A stretch of DNA of 64,000 nucleotides from a virus (Duplodnaviria; Caudoviricetes), in IMG/VR virus record IMGVR_UViG_3300042275_000327, positions 83,627-147,626 of that record; one strand, given 5' to 3'. Within the stretch, counting starts at the first letter, position 1, and each line of letters opens with the position of its first letter. Below, in pieces: positions 10,000 to 20,601 of the stretch. The position numbers were made by a program, and so were the translations under genes. Under the pieces are notes generated by a model that did not search any database, had not been told where the DNA came from, and saw only the letters and a program-made list of their open reading frames with translations.

Positions 10000-11811
10000 T
10001 TACAATTCTTTCCCTTCAAAAATACTTTCCCATTGATCCTTAGAAAGGGAATCATACTTAAATAGATCTTTATCTAATCTTTCTCTATTTTCTAGGACTC
10101 TATCTTGTCTCTCTTCAATTGTGTTCTCAAACACAATTGGTCTCATCAGTACTCTTTCTGTGGTTCCAATTCTATGATTTCTTTTTGACATCTGATCCCA
10201 AATCTCAAAGTCCCAAGGTCTATCAAAACAGATAGCTCTAGGAGCTTCTACAATATTAACTGCTCTAGCAATCATTCTGTAAGAAGCAATCAGAAGCTTA
10301 TGCTTCTTTTGTTTCTTGAATTTCTCTATCAGTCCATCTCTATATTCATCTCTGGTTACACCTTTAGGAATTTCTATCTCTCCATGAATAAGGATAGGAT
10401 TATACTTTTTATAATACTCTCCCAATTGCTTGATTGACATAGGATGTCCAGACCACAGAATTGTCTTCTTTCCTTCTGTATCAATAAATTTTTCTAGAAG
10501 AGAAGTTACAACTTCCAACTTTGAATGGTCTTCAAATTTCCATTTCTCCACCATAGAATAAAACTCAGGCTCTTTCTGTGGATCAATTTTTCCCTTTAGA
10601 ATACAAGGATTGTCTAGACATAAAGATATTCTAGGAAAATTAAGATACATCTCTCTTGTATTCAATCTTCCATTCTTGTCCTTGTTGTCTGTCATATACA
10701 TTTTTATATAATGTCTATAAAGTTTCTTCTGCTTTTCTGAAATTTCGGTATAGACAACTCTCTTATCTAGTTCTGGAAGATCAATGTTGTCTTCTGTAAA
10801 TTCTCTTACAAACCAAGGAGAAATTTCCTCCAAGAATTCTTTGATCTTATCATGCTTATAACTTCTTATTGCATATTTAGACCATCTGGTTCCCAAAAAG
10901 GCAAGCCTTGAGATCCAGGACTGATAGTCCTTACTTACAATATTCTTATCCAGAAATTTCAGTTGAGAATACATATCCTCAATTCCTCTTGGGTAAGGAG
11001 TGCCTGAAAGACCATATCTGAATCTGAAAAAATTCTTATGCATCTGGATGACTTTTGTAGATCTTGATCCTCTGTTCTTTATGAGATGCATTTCATCTAG
11101 AACAATTGCTCGATTTGTTCCCCAAGAATCTAATGGTAAACAAGCTGTCCTATAATCTTTACTTTTCTTCTTAAAGACCTTCTTGTAGGCATCATCACTC
11201 AGCATCAAGAATGTTCTATAAGTCATAATTGCTACTTTAGTTGACTCTACAAAAGGCTCTCTCCTAGCAGCATTAGCTACATAGATCTCCTCCTCTTTCA
11301 ATCCAAAAGTATTGAATCTGATTAATTCTCTCTTGAAGTTATATACAGACTCTGTAGGAGCAAGAACAAGAATTCTATCAATAAGATTATTATTCCATAA
11401 ATGATTCAGAATTCCAATCATGATGAATGTCTTACCAAGCCCCATCTTATGAGCAAGATAAAGACGACTTTGTCGTATTCCTGTTTTTATGGCTCTTACT
11501 TGATAATCACCAATTGGATTTCCACCTAGAATCTCTGGATTATAGGATATTCTGAATTTTTCAGTTTCTGGTTTTGGAATTAGAAGAGAATATATCTCTT
11601 CAGAGATATCAAATTTCTCAATCTTGAGAAGTTCTTCTAGAGCTTCTTTACTCTCATCCACATTCTTCAACCAGACCATGTCATTATACTCAAATTCAGG
11701 AAGAAATCTGAATCGATGTTCTTTCAGGACATCTTTGATCTCATTGAAGTTTGAACCAGATATCTTTAATGCAATTTTTTGTTTGTCTCTACTTAAATAT
11801 AATCTTATCAT
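10000..11811 (-). CDS. SNF2-family helicase
   Basis: MGLGKT, DEMH, LSGTP, RNHRIG. Confidence 0.92.
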   Translation of the reverse strand: MIRLYLSRDKQKIALKISGSNFNEIKDVLKEHRFRFLPEFEYNDMVWLKNVDESKEALEELLKIEKFDISEEIYSLLIPKPETEKFRISYNPEILGGNPIGDYQVRAIKTGIRQSRLYLAHKMGLGKTFIMIGILNHLWNNNLIDRILVLAPTESVYNFKRELIRFNTFGLKEEEIYVANAARREPFVESTKVAIMTYRTFLMLSDDAYKKVFKKKSKDYRTACLPLDSWGTNRAIVLDEMHLIKNRGSRSTKVIQMHKNFFRFRYGLSGTPYPRGIEDMYSQLKFLDKNIVSKDYQSWISRLAFLGTRWSKYAIRSYKHDKIKEFLEEISPWFVREFTEDNIDLPELDKRVVYTEISEKQKKLYRHYIKMYMTDNKDKNGRLNTREMYLNFPRISLCLDNPCILKGKIDPQKEPEFYSMVEKWKFEDHSKLEVVTSLLEKFIDTEGKKTILWSGHPMSIKQLGEYYKKYNPILIHGEIEIPKGVTRDEYRDGLIEKFKKQKKHKLLIASYRMIARAVNIVEAPRAICFDRPWDFEIWDQMSKRNHRIGTTERVLMRPIVFENTIEERQDRVLENRERLDKDLFKYDSLSKDQWESIFEGKEL

Positions 11812-11819
11812 AGTGTTTT

Positions 11820-12779
11820 TTAAGCTCTTGGAATCTTTTCCCTTTTAAAGAAAGATCCTCCCTTTTTATTTATAGGATAGAACTGATATACTCTAGTATC
11901 CAATCTTGAAACATCAAATTCTAATGTTTGATACAAAGAATTCAAAGTTCTAGGATTGAAAGAACAATCATAGGTTCCTTCATTAATCTGTTCTTCTGAA
12001 ATATCTAAATAATCTACAAGTTTGTAATTCATCAGAAGTCTTGGAGTATTTTCCTTTATTCTTTCTTTAAATGTATCTGAAACATAGTCAAGTTCATCAA
12101 CATGTCTAATGATATCTTGTATAGAATCAAATTCAGAAACAAGTTTCACAAGAACCTTGGTTCTTATTCCTTCTACTCCAATAGGAACATTATCTCCAGA
12201 ATCTCCCTTGAAACTTTTGTACATACACATCTTTGTTACTGTTGGTTCAAAACCATATTTCTCAACAAATTCATCCTTATCATAAATATGATAATTTCCC
12301 TTCTCATATTTAGCAACATGAACATTTTCTCTAATAGCTCTGAACCAATCTAGATCATTTGAGACAAGAAGAATAGAATCATCTGGATTCATCTTTACAA
12401 GTGTATCAACCAGATCATCAGCTTCTGATCCTTCAACCTTTACAGTCTTATAATTGTTCTTATAATTCAAAAGTACTAGATGAAGAAAATCTAGGCTTCT
12501 ATAGAATGCCTCATCTTTCTTTTCTCTATTTGCCTTGTAATCTGGATCTATCTCTTTTCTCTTATTTATTCCACTATGACAATTATCAAAAAGAAAATAT
12601 ACTTCTCCTTCTGGCTGAAGGTAATCTCTTTCAATTCTCTGAATCATTCTTAGAGAATTATAGATTCCTCCTGTTACCATAGTAGTATTATCTTCCAGGA
12701 CAGTAGTCATACTCTGTCCTGTATAAAATCCTCTATGATAAAAATTTGATGTGTCTATAAAGATTTTCTGATATTTCAT
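11820..12779 (-). CDS. 5'-3' exonuclease / flap endonuclease (PolI 5'-exo, T4 RNase H-like)
   Basis: YKANR, EADD, SNDLD, GDSGDNVPIGVEGI. Confidence 0.92.
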   Translation of the reverse strand: MKYQKIFIDTSNFYHRGFYTGQSMTTVLEDNTTMVTGGIYNSLRMIQRIERDYLQPEGEVYFLFDNCHSGINKRKEIDPDYKANREKKDEAFYRSLDFLHLVLLNYKNNYKTVKVEGSEADDLVDTLVKMNPDDSILLVSNDLDWFRAIRENVHVAKYEKGNYHIYDKDEFVEKYGFEPTVTKMCMYKSFKGDSGDNVPIGVEGIRTKVLVKLVSEFDSIQDIIRHVDELDYVSDTFKERIKENTPRLLMNYKLVDYLDISEEQINEGTYDCSFNPRTLNSLYQTLEFDVSRLDTRVYQFYPINKKGGSFFKREKIPRA

Positions 12780-13321
12780 TTCTCTCTTGCTACCTTTTTA
12801 CAATGTTTCTCAAATTCTTTCCATCTTGAATTTTCTGGAAGAGTCTTCAAATTCTTGACAAAAATAAGAACTGGCATATCTACTTGATACATGATAGTTT
12901 CTTTCTTATCATCAAGAACAATAATTCTATCTTTGGAAATATCTACCTTATCAATGATGAAAGTCTCTTTTCTTGTCTTTGAGGACAAAGAAGAAAAAGC
13001 CTCTTCAAATGTAGCATTTTCCTTTATCATAAGATTATTGATATCAGAAATATCTGGCTCAATCTTCACTCTCTTGGAATGAACAATCTTAGGATACTTA
13101 TAATCTCTGAACCATTCTCGTATTGTATGTATAGTGTCTTCTACTGGGAGATTATAATCTATTGTAAACTCCTTGATATCAATCTCTTCTTCAAATTGAA
13201 CAAACACCTTCAGAGGTGTTACTTGAAAAGTGAAGTAAATAGGAGCTCTAGATCTGAATCCAGAAAATTTCTTTTTAAATTTCTTAATATAATCTTCCAT
13301 CTCATTGATGTCTTTTACCAT
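12776..13321 (-). CDS. Hypothetical protein
   Basis: 181-aa ORF with AGGAG RBS, coupled to the next gene. Confidence 0.7.
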   Translation of the reverse strand: MVKDINEMEDYIKKFKKKFSGFRSRAPIYFTFQVTPLKVFVQFEEEIDIKEFTIDYNLPVEDTIHTIREWFRDYKYPKIVHSKRVKIEPDISDINNLMIKENATFEEAFSSLSSKTRKETFIIDKVDISKDRIIVLDDKKETIMYQVDMPVLIFVKNLKTLPENSRWKEFEKHCKKVAREK

Positions 13322-13333
13322 TTTAATTCTCCT

Positions 13334-14434
13334 TTAAAGATTAGGTTCTTCAATCAAAGTCTGCACAATAAAAATCTTCTTACTATCAGTTGCATCTAAC
13401 ATCTTGATAGCAGGAGCATCACTTGAATAGTGTATCTGAATTTCATCAACTTTTTTCTTAGAAAAAGAATTTACAGCTGAAGACAATCCAAACAATGAGA
13501 TCCAAAAAGATTTCTCAATAAAGTATTCTGAGTCTGAGTAATCTTCTACAGTGAGTGAATAATCAATTTCTGAATCAGAAAGCAGCTTTATCTTAATTGA
13601 TTTTTCATTCTCAAAATCAATTCTACAATGACTGATATCTGAATTAGAAAAAGATGACAATACTTTAACAGCTTCCAAGAACTCTTTTGTCTTTACTCTG
13701 AAAAATTCTTCATGTTCAAAGCTAGAAGTGAAATCTTCAGCATAAGGATCTGTAGGAAGAGAAATATCAGAAGAGGAAGAAAACTTATAGAATAAATCTT
13801 TGTAGTTGAATTCTATAATCTGTCCCCCATTGAGAGTACTCTTCATTCTGAAATCTATTTCAGTATCCTTAGCAATTCCAAGAGAAAGAAGAACTCTAAT
13901 CACAGCTACAGGAATAGAAAAAGAAGTTGTTGAAGGAAGACCAGATGGAGCTTGTATGTACTTCATTTGACTCAAAGCAATGAAGTTGTCCTGCTCAAAG
14001 AACACAGCTGGAAAGCTCTGGTCCTTATCCAAAAATTCCTTACAAATCTCCAGATCACTCAGGACATCTTCTGTGAACTTGATAGTCTTAACATCTAAGT
14101 CATAATCTTCCTCTAAGGAGAAAGCTAGGTCTTCTTCCAAAAGGGGAAGAGAGAATTTGTCTCCTTTTTCCGAGTAGAATTTTCCTTTCTTGATTGTAAG
14201 ACTTGAATAGGTATTTACTAGAAAGAAAAACTTGAGACCATCTACATATAGATAATCTACATCCTTATCTCCCTCAATCACAAGATCAATTCTGACAGAT
14301 GTTGTATCTGTATAGAAGCTCATCTTCTTTTTTCTAAAATCTAAGAAGACATGGTCATAATAAGCATTTCCAGAAATTTTGACTAAATTAAAAATCTTAG
14401 AAAATGGCTTCAAATTTGAAGTGAAAAGAATCAT
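13334..14434 (-). CDS. Probable sliding clamp (beta-clamp-like)
   Basis: 366 aa, acidic, repeating beta/alpha pattern, C-terminal HYSSDAPAIKM; DnaX-like loader present in the window. Confidence 0.55.
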   Translation of the reverse strand: MILFTSNLKPFSKIFNLVKISGNAYYDHVFLDFRKKKMSFYTDTTSVRIDLVIEGDKDVDYLYVDGLKFFFLVNTYSSLTIKKGKFYSEKGDKFSLPLLEEDLAFSLEEDYDLDVKTIKFTEDVLSDLEICKEFLDKDQSFPAVFFEQDNFIALSQMKYIQAPSGLPSTTSFSIPVAVIRVLLSLGIAKDTEIDFRMKSTLNGGQIIEFNYKDLFYKFSSSSDISLPTDPYAEDFTSSFEHEEFFRVKTKEFLEAVKVLSSFSNSDISHCRIDFENEKSIKIKLLSDSEIDYSLTVEDYSDSEYFIEKSFWISLFGLSSAVNSFSKKKVDEIQIHYSSDAPAIKMLDATDSKKIFIVQTLIEEPNL

Positions 14435-14470
14435 CTATAATTCTCCTTTTATAAAGTTCTATATACATAT

Positions 14471-14521
14471 AGTATACTCAAAGATAGAAAAGTTTTTCGC
14501 AATTAGTATACTATTTATTAT
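14471..14521. promoter_or_regulatory. Divergent promoter region at the strand switch
   Basis: Two AGTATACT boxes (14471, 14505) between divergent genes. Confidence 0.6.
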
Positions 14522-14905
14522 ATGAATAATGAACAAGAAACATCTATTGCAGTAGAAACAGTATTTGTCCTCCCAAGAAATCAGTTCTACTGGTCTTATA
14601 GAATAAATGAAGGTGCTACTCATACAATCAAGAAAGAAGAAATCTTTGATTATCTAAAAGAATATGTAACACAAAAAAATTATGCTAAACTAGCAGATTT
14701 CTTATCTAGGTTCAGATCTTTCTTGATTCTTATAAAAGAAGACAGAGTTGTCGAGCTTACAAAAAAACTACATGATGAAGAGTATTATAGGAAGACTATT
14801 GAAGATGAGATTTTTTCTATTGCTTCTTCAAGTGGAAGAATCAACTTTGAAAAAGGAGATAGCCTTCTAAAGAAAGTTGAAGAAATACAGAAAAAATATT
14901 GGTAG
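14522..14905 (+). CDS. Hypothetical protein
   Basis: 127-aa ORF. Confidence 0.65.
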   Translation: MNNEQETSIAVETVFVLPRNQFYWSYRINEGATHTIKKEEIFDYLKEYVTQKNYAKLADFLSRFRSFLILIKEDRVVELTKKLHDEEYYRKTIEDEIFSIASSSGRINFEKGDSLLKKVEEIQKKYW

Positions 14906-14923
14906 ATTGAGTATACTCATAGT

Positions 14924-16918
14924 ATGAAGAGATTTACTTCAAATACAGATCGATACTATGAACTCAAAAATAAGCCTTTAAGAGAGAAATATCTTGAAGG
15001 CAATAATGTTTTGTTGCCATATCTGTTTGAAGATCAAAAAAGTCTGATTAATCTCAACATGTTCAAAAAGTCAAATGAAAGAGTAGAAAATAAGAGTCAG
15101 GTGAAAGAATTTCTAGAAAGTATCTCTGAAAAAAAGTCTAGAAAAAATTCTCCACTTGAAAGAAGAGTGAAAAATCTTTCTTCTTTATTAGAGGATCTAA
15201 ATAAGAATGAAGACATCTATAAAGATGCTCAAAAAATAAAAGAGAGAATATTTGATAATGAAGACACTTTCATTTTTTATTCTGAAATTCTATTCAACAA
15301 AAACTCTCTAGATGTAGAGTCATTCTTAGAATCTCATACACAAAAAGAAGTTATGAATTTTGTAATTGAGAATTTTGGATATGACTTCAAGAGCAAATTT
15401 TTCAGAACAAGACAGTTTGATAGCATATCAGAAAATGAGTGGAAAGAATATAACAGCAAGATAAATTATGGTAGACTTCAGAATCATATTGCAAATGCCT
15501 ATCTTATTCAAGCTAGACAATATGAACACACAAAAATTCTGAAAGTAGAAATTGACAATAGAAAATTTCCAAGGAATCTAAAAAGTTATCTTACACTTGG
15601 TGAATTTTTCAAAATCATAACCAAAGAATTTGGTGTAGAACCTTTTTATGTGGAGCGATCTCTACAAGAAAAAGGTCTCATGAGAGCTTTCTATACATTT
15701 GACAATTATGTATCAGATACTCATAAACGAAAGCTAGAAAATTTCTTCTCTAATAAGTATGGATTCACTTGTAGAATTCAGACATCAGAAGAATATATGA
15801 CTCTTCCATTCTCAAAAGAAATTCTGATGAGAGGAAGATATTCTTCAGAAAATCCTTTGAGTATTCAGCATGAGACTCTAGAAGAGACTTATCAAAGAGT
15901 AAGTAATCATTCTCTGATAGGAAAGACTCGTTCTATAGAGAATATGATTGGAAAACTTGTTCATGGAGAAGTTATAGAAAAGGATACAGATATTCTCACT
16001 GAGAATGAATCTTCTAATACAGAGTATAAGACCCATGGATCTGACAAATTCTCATATGGTGCTGGAACTAGATTCAAGAATCAAGTTTCTCTAGCTGTAT
16101 GGTGTTTTGCAAGAGGATGTACTTTCCAAGAATATTTCAATCTTGCTCTGTCTCTAGATGGTGGATCTAAAGACATGATGAAGTGGAGTCTGGATAGAAA
16201 ACAAAAAGTCCTTTTAGGATATTGGAATTTTGCTAATGGACATGCTACAAAAATAGAGACTTCTCTCTCAGTGAAGAAGAATGGAACATTCACTCTCTCT
16301 GCAGATGGAAAGAAACAATACAGTATTTGTGACACACAGATTCCAGTTCTTCTAGATACTCGAAGTGAAAAGGATAAATTTTTATTCATTGTCAGCCATT
16401 TCTACAACACAGAATATACATCTTCTCGACAACAAGGAAGATGGAAAACAATATTTCTGGAGGACTCTCTGAAGCTTTACAAGTTTCTACAGAGAAAGCA
16501 AGAATATGAAGAACTCTCTGGAAAAGAATACACAGAAGAAAAATTCAAAGAATTGAACAAGGGAGTTCTTCTTCCTCATTCTATGTACAAAGATCTCAAG
16601 AAACATCTTGGTATCAGAACAGACATGAGAAGACTCATCAGACTTTTAGAGAAAGCAGAACTATTAAGATGTATAGAGATTGATGGATATGAGTTCTCTT
16701 ACAAGGACAAGACATTTGGAAGACACTATAGACTGATTGAGAAATCTCGCATGGAACATATTTATACATATATACAGAATACATATTATAATACTGTAAT
16801 TATTAATTCTAATATCTATAGAGGTGTTCTTTCTTCAAGCATAAATTATAGTAGCTATGTTTGTTTTGGGAATGTCTTCAGTGAAGAAGAAAAAGGTAAA
16901 AAACCTCCATCTGGGTGA
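14924..16918 (+). CDS. Large hypothetical protein, possibly replication initiator/primase-related
   Basis: 664 aa; GAGTRFKNQVSLAVW weakly resembles a PriCT-like segment; C-terminal wHTH-like region; function uncertain. Confidence 0.4.
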   Translation: MKRFTSNTDRYYELKNKPLREKYLEGNNVLLPYLFEDQKSLINLNMFKKSNERVENKSQVKEFLESISEKKSRKNSPLERRVKNLSSLLEDLNKNEDIYKDAQKIKERIFDNEDTFIFYSEILFNKNSLDVESFLESHTQKEVMNFVIENFGYDFKSKFFRTRQFDSISENEWKEYNSKINYGRLQNHIANAYLIQARQYEHTKILKVEIDNRKFPRNLKSYLTLGEFFKIITKEFGVEPFYVERSLQEKGLMRAFYTFDNYVSDTHKRKLENFFSNKYGFTCRIQTSEEYMTLPFSKEILMRGRYSSENPLSIQHETLEETYQRVSNHSLIGKTRSIENMIGKLVHGEVIEKDTDILTENESSNTEYKTHGSDKFSYGAGTRFKNQVSLAVWCFARGCTFQEYFNLALSLDGGSKDMMKWSLDRKQKVLLGYWNFANGHATKIETSLSVKKNGTFTLSADGKKQYSICDTQIPVLLDTRSEKDKFLFIVSHFYNTEYTSSRQQGRWKTIFLEDSLKLYKFLQRKQEYEELSGKEYTEEKFKELNKGVLLPHSMYKDLKKHLGIRTDMRRLIRLLEKAELLRCIEIDGYEFSYKDKTFGRHYRLIEKSRMEHIYTYIQNTYYNTVIINSNIYRGVLSSSINYSSYVCFGNVFSEEEKGKKPPSG

Positions 16919-17017
16919 AAAACTCTTGCTATAATGAGTATACTATATATAAGAAGATGCGTAAGAAAGAAGTTCAGAAAGAAACTTAGAATAAAAAGCA
17001 TCAAAGGAGAAAAATGT

Positions 17018-18337
17018 ATGGGTTTGTCAAGAGAAGAACTCTTCAAGAAAGCAAAAGAATTGCGTAAAAAAGAAAAGGAAGAGAAAAACAGTAGGGATTC
17101 TTTTTCAGGTGAGGGATATGAGAATACAGTGTATACATCTCTTCCCACAAATGGAATCAAGATTTTCAGAATTTATGGAAATCCTCTAGCAACAAGAATA
17201 AAGCCAACTGATCCAAAGTTTTCTTTGATTTCAAATGTTCTTGGTGATAACGGAAAGAAATTTAGATGTGTTTGGCCTACTAGAGAGGAAAACAAGAACT
17301 GGATTCTTTGGAAGATCTATGATTTGGTGATGGACAGTACTTGGGAAAAGAATGAAGGTGATGAAAAAGCTCATAGAGTCTACAAGAATGAAAGACTCCA
17401 TCCTGAATGTTTTAAGAGAGTAGCTAAGAATGATTCAGAAAATCGATTTGAGAAGGGTTGGTACCCAACAAAATATGTAAATCTGAATATCATTGATCGC
17501 GCTGATCCAGAATTTCACAAAGAAAAAAAGCATTCAAAATTGCTCTCTAAGAAGGCAGCAGAGATCAGTGAAGGAAATTTCTGGTATGATCCAGGTATTG
17601 CAGAATTTGCTTATAATTGTATTTGGGATGAGGTTGTCGAGTTCTCTGGAATTTGGGATGCTTATGATGTTGGTCTAAAGAAAGAAACAGACAGTCCTTG
17701 GTATCGAGCATTTCACGGAATAGATGATCGTAAGAAGATTGCTCAAATTGATCCTGAAGCTCTAGAACAAGTAGTTGAAGGTCCAATGACAGAAGAGGAA
17801 AAGAACTATGAACTTTATGATCTTGATGCTCTCTTCCCTATTTCTTCTTATACAAAGATCAAGGCAAAGCTTGGAGATTTCATCAAGAAAATTGATGTTG
17901 ATTTCAAAAAGAACTTCTATGAAGAATTAGAAGAACTTGCTGAGAAGGAAAAAGAACAATATAAAGAAAGAAAAGAAAAAGAACAAGCCTCTGAACCTGT
18001 TACTAAGAAAGTAGAAAAGGAACGACCAGTAGAAGTAGAAGAGAAGAAGTCAGAAGAACCTCTGAAATCAAGGGTGGTGTCTGATAGAAAGAAAACTGTT
18101 TCTATTGATTGGGATGGTCTTGCTGATGGATCTTTTAATGGAAAGAAATATCTTGGTGTTCCAGAGATGACTGATGAAGAAAAGAGTATGGTGCTTTCAG
18201 TAAAGGAAGATGGTTCATTTGAATATGTAGAATCTTTCAATGGAGAGAAAATGGATCTTTTGAATAATCCAAATTCTGACTTCATCTCACCAGAGCTATT
18301 CCATGTGGATCCTCTAAGTGGAGATTTGTTCGAATAA
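17018..18337 (+). CDS. Probable ssDNA-binding protein (gp32-like)
   Basis: Start reassigned to ATG 17018 (AGGAG); YVNLNIIDR and YDVGLKK segments, charged tail; near RecA. Confidence 0.5.
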   Translation: MGLSREELFKKAKELRKKEKEEKNSRDSFSGEGYENTVYTSLPTNGIKIFRIYGNPLATRIKPTDPKFSLISNVLGDNGKKFRCVWPTREENKNWILWKIYDLVMDSTWEKNEGDEKAHRVYKNERLHPECFKRVAKNDSENRFEKGWYPTKYVNLNIIDRADPEFHKEKKHSKLLSKKAAEISEGNFWYDPGIAEFAYNCIWDEVVEFSGIWDAYDVGLKKETDSPWYRAFHGIDDRKKIAQIDPEALEQVVEGPMTEEEKNYELYDLDALFPISSYTKIKAKLGDFIKKIDVDFKKNFYEELEELAEKEKEQYKERKEKEQASEPVTKKVEKERPVEVEEKKSEEPLKSRVVSDRKKTVSIDWDGLADGSFNGKKYLGVPEMTDEEKSMVLSVKEDGSFEYVESFNGEKMDLLNNPNSDFISPELFHVDPLSGDLFE

Positions 18338-18348
18338 AAAGGAGTTCT

Positions 18349-18380
18349 GAAGCTAGAGGAATTTATTTTTCTCTAGCTTC
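18349..18380 (+). terminator. Hairpin, possible terminator
   Basis: GAAGCTAGAG/CTCTAGCTTC 10-bp inverted repeat after the stop. Confidence 0.5.
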
Positions 18381-18386
18381 TATATA

Positions 18387-19208
18387 TTGTGTATGGTAGA
18401 AGAAAATTCATCTAAGATAGTAAGAGTCTGTACAGCTTGTGGCAAGAAGACATCCTATGGTAGAAAAGAAAAACCTAAGGACTGTCCTTTTTGTCATGAT
18501 CCTTATTGGGATAAACCAAAAGATGAAAGAGAACTTTTCATTCTTCAAGATCAGTTTTTAGAATCAGGAAGAGATAAAGAGATCTTAGGAAGAATGTATG
18601 AAAGATTTGTAGTTTATGGTGAAAACATCATAAAGAAATATCTCAAGAAGAGTGGAAAACTTCTCCCTGCTCATGTACTAACAGAAAAAGCTGAATCAGT
18701 TGCTATCAAGTTAGTAGAAAGATATCTAAAACTTCCTGATTCTTTTGTTCAGTATTCTTTTGGAGGAATACTAGATAAGATTGTGAAGGGAGTTCTATTT
18801 TCTAGTAAGACAAAAAAGGCTGATCAAGAGATCTCTTTAGAAAAAAATATAGAAGAAGATTTTACAATTATGGATAATCCAGCCTATTTCATAAAAGATC
18901 CTGTTTATAAGAGAGACTTTGAAAGATCTTTTGAACTAGATGCTTATGATGAGTATGCTAAGAAAAGTATCTATACAATCTCTGAGGAGATTTCAGATCT
19001 TTTGATGAGTATGAATGATAGAATCAGAATTTCTCAGAAACCAGAGAACTCTATCTATTTTCTATTAGGAATAAAAAACTTTCTAGATAAAGAAAAGAAA
19101 GTGTCAATGGAACAATACTATGATTTATGTTCAATTCAGGACAGACAAAATATTGAGAATGCAAAGATGATATTTAGAAGATACTTATTGGAGAGGATGA
19201 AGATATAA
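18387..19208 (+). CDS. Zn-ribbon protein with sigma-factor-like helical region
   Basis: CTAC..CPFC N-terminus followed by sigma region-2-like helices. Confidence 0.45.
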   Translation: MCMVEENSSKIVRVCTACGKKTSYGRKEKPKDCPFCHDPYWDKPKDERELFILQDQFLESGRDKEILGRMYERFVVYGENIIKKYLKKSGKLLPAHVLTEKAESVAIKLVERYLKLPDSFVQYSFGGILDKIVKGVLFSSKTKKADQEISLEKNIEEDFTIMDNPAYFIKDPVYKRDFERSFELDAYDEYAKKSIYTISEEISDLLMSMNDRIRISQKPENSIYFLLGIKNFLDKEKKVSMEQYYDLCSIQDRQNIENAKMIFRRYLLERMKI

Positions 19209-19630
19209 TGTTCAAAAAACCAGCAGAGGTGTGGGAAGATCAGATGAATGAGCTGTTCCTTTCTAAGAGTAAAGAAGAGAACAATAGAGTGATAGAAGCT
19301 CTTTCAATTATTCTAGGAATGAATTATGGAAATAAGAATAAAGATATTATTGATTTATTTAATCTCCTTGGATTAGATAATTTTGTATCTGTTGTAACTC
19401 TTTTTGAAAGAAGAACAGTAACCTTTCCTTCAAAAGAAGAAATAAAAGAATCTATTATCTTTGCTCTTATCTTTTATTATAGAGAGACAAAAGGTTATTC
19501 ATGGGAGGAGATAAAAAATATTGTTCCCTTTGAGTTCTCTTCAATCTCATATGCTTTCAAGATAAAGAATCTGAATAGCTTCATAATAGACAAACTAAAG
19601 GAAACATTGAAGGATACAACTAATGAATGA
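19208..19630 (+). CDS. Hypothetical protein, possibly Mor-like transcription factor
   Basis: LGLDNFVSVVTLFERRTVTFPS followed by an HTH-like segment. Confidence 0.4.
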   Translation: MFKKPAEVWEDQMNELFLSKSKEENNRVIEALSIILGMNYGNKNKDIIDLFNLLGLDNFVSVVTLFERRTVTFPSKEEIKESIIFALIFYYRETKGYSWEEIKNIVPFEFSSISYAFKIKNLNSFIIDKLKETLKDTTNE

Positions 19631-20096
19631 CAATAATGATATTACAAGATTCAGCTCAAGTTTGATTAACAAACTAGATGAAAAAGAAAAGGACATTAAG
19701 GTATTTTCTGAGACAGATCCTATGTACACTCTCAGGAAGGATATTCTTTCCTTCTTTCAGAATATTATGGAATCTGTTTCTAAGAAAGAGACTCTGAAAG
19801 AAAAAATTGAGAGTTCTTTTCTAGAAGATCTTGAATCTGGAGAACTGAGTGTTCAGGATAGAATGAGCCTATATAAATTAATATCTACTCAAGCAAATCT
19901 TTCAGCAGAATCTGTTCTCTCTATTTTTAAGCCAACTCCTGGTGCTCCTTCTCTTCTTGCAGATAATCTTTCAAAAGATACAAAAGAAGATCACTTTGAT
20001 AAGGTCTATGAATCAATGAAGCCAGAAGATTTACAGAAAGTTGATAAGTTAATGAAGCTTCTTCAGATGATGAAAAAGGACGAAGATGACATTTGA
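19623..20096 (+). CDS. Hypothetical protein
   Basis: 157-aa coupled ORF. Confidence 0.65.
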   Translation: MNDNNDITRFSSSLINKLDEKEKDIKVFSETDPMYTLRKDILSFFQNIMESVSKKETLKEKIESSFLEDLESGELSVQDRMSLYKLISTQANLSAESVLSIFKPTPGAPSLLADNLSKDTKEDHFDKVYESMKPEDLQKVDKLMKLLQMMKKDEDDI

Positions 20097-20601
20097 TGAG
20101 TTCAAAGAATTTTATGAGTCAAAAGGATATCTTCCCAATGATATTGGAAGAAGAAAGAACAGACTGAATGAAAAACAGCTAAAGACTAGATTTGAGAAAT
20201 ATCAGAAATCAATAGAGAAAAAAGGATATACTAAAGATATAGAATGGGAAGAATTGAAGAGTCATCTGAATCTGAATAAGTGCTCTCTTCTAAAGAGACT
20301 AGAAGAAGAAGGAATGCTAGAAGAGATTGAAGAGCTCAAGAATAATGCTGATTGGTTGATGAGAACTATTGACCCTGCTCATATATTTCCAAAAGGAGGA
20401 TATCCTTATCTTAAATATGATCTAGATAATGTTGTCCCTTTGAATAGATATTCTCATAGTTGTTTAGACACCATGAGAGATCCTATTTCTGGAGAGCCAA
20501 TTGAAAAAGAGAAACATGATTTATTTTGGATGTTTATTGTAGGGATTGAGAAATACAAACAATTAGAAGAAAAAGTGAGAGAATATGGAAAAACTAGATA
20601 A
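20086..20601 (+). CDS. HNH-like nuclease (NinG/Ref-like)
   Basis: DPAHIFPK..DNVVPLNRYSH. Confidence 0.55.
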   Translation: MTFDEFKEFYESKGYLPNDIGRRKNRLNEKQLKTRFEKYQKSIEKKGYTKDIEWEELKSHLNLNKCSLLKRLEEEGMLEEIEELKNNADWLMRTIDPAHIFPKGGYPYLKYDLDNVVPLNRYSHSCLDTMRDPISGEPIEKEKHDLFWMFIVGIEKYKQLEEKVREYGKTR

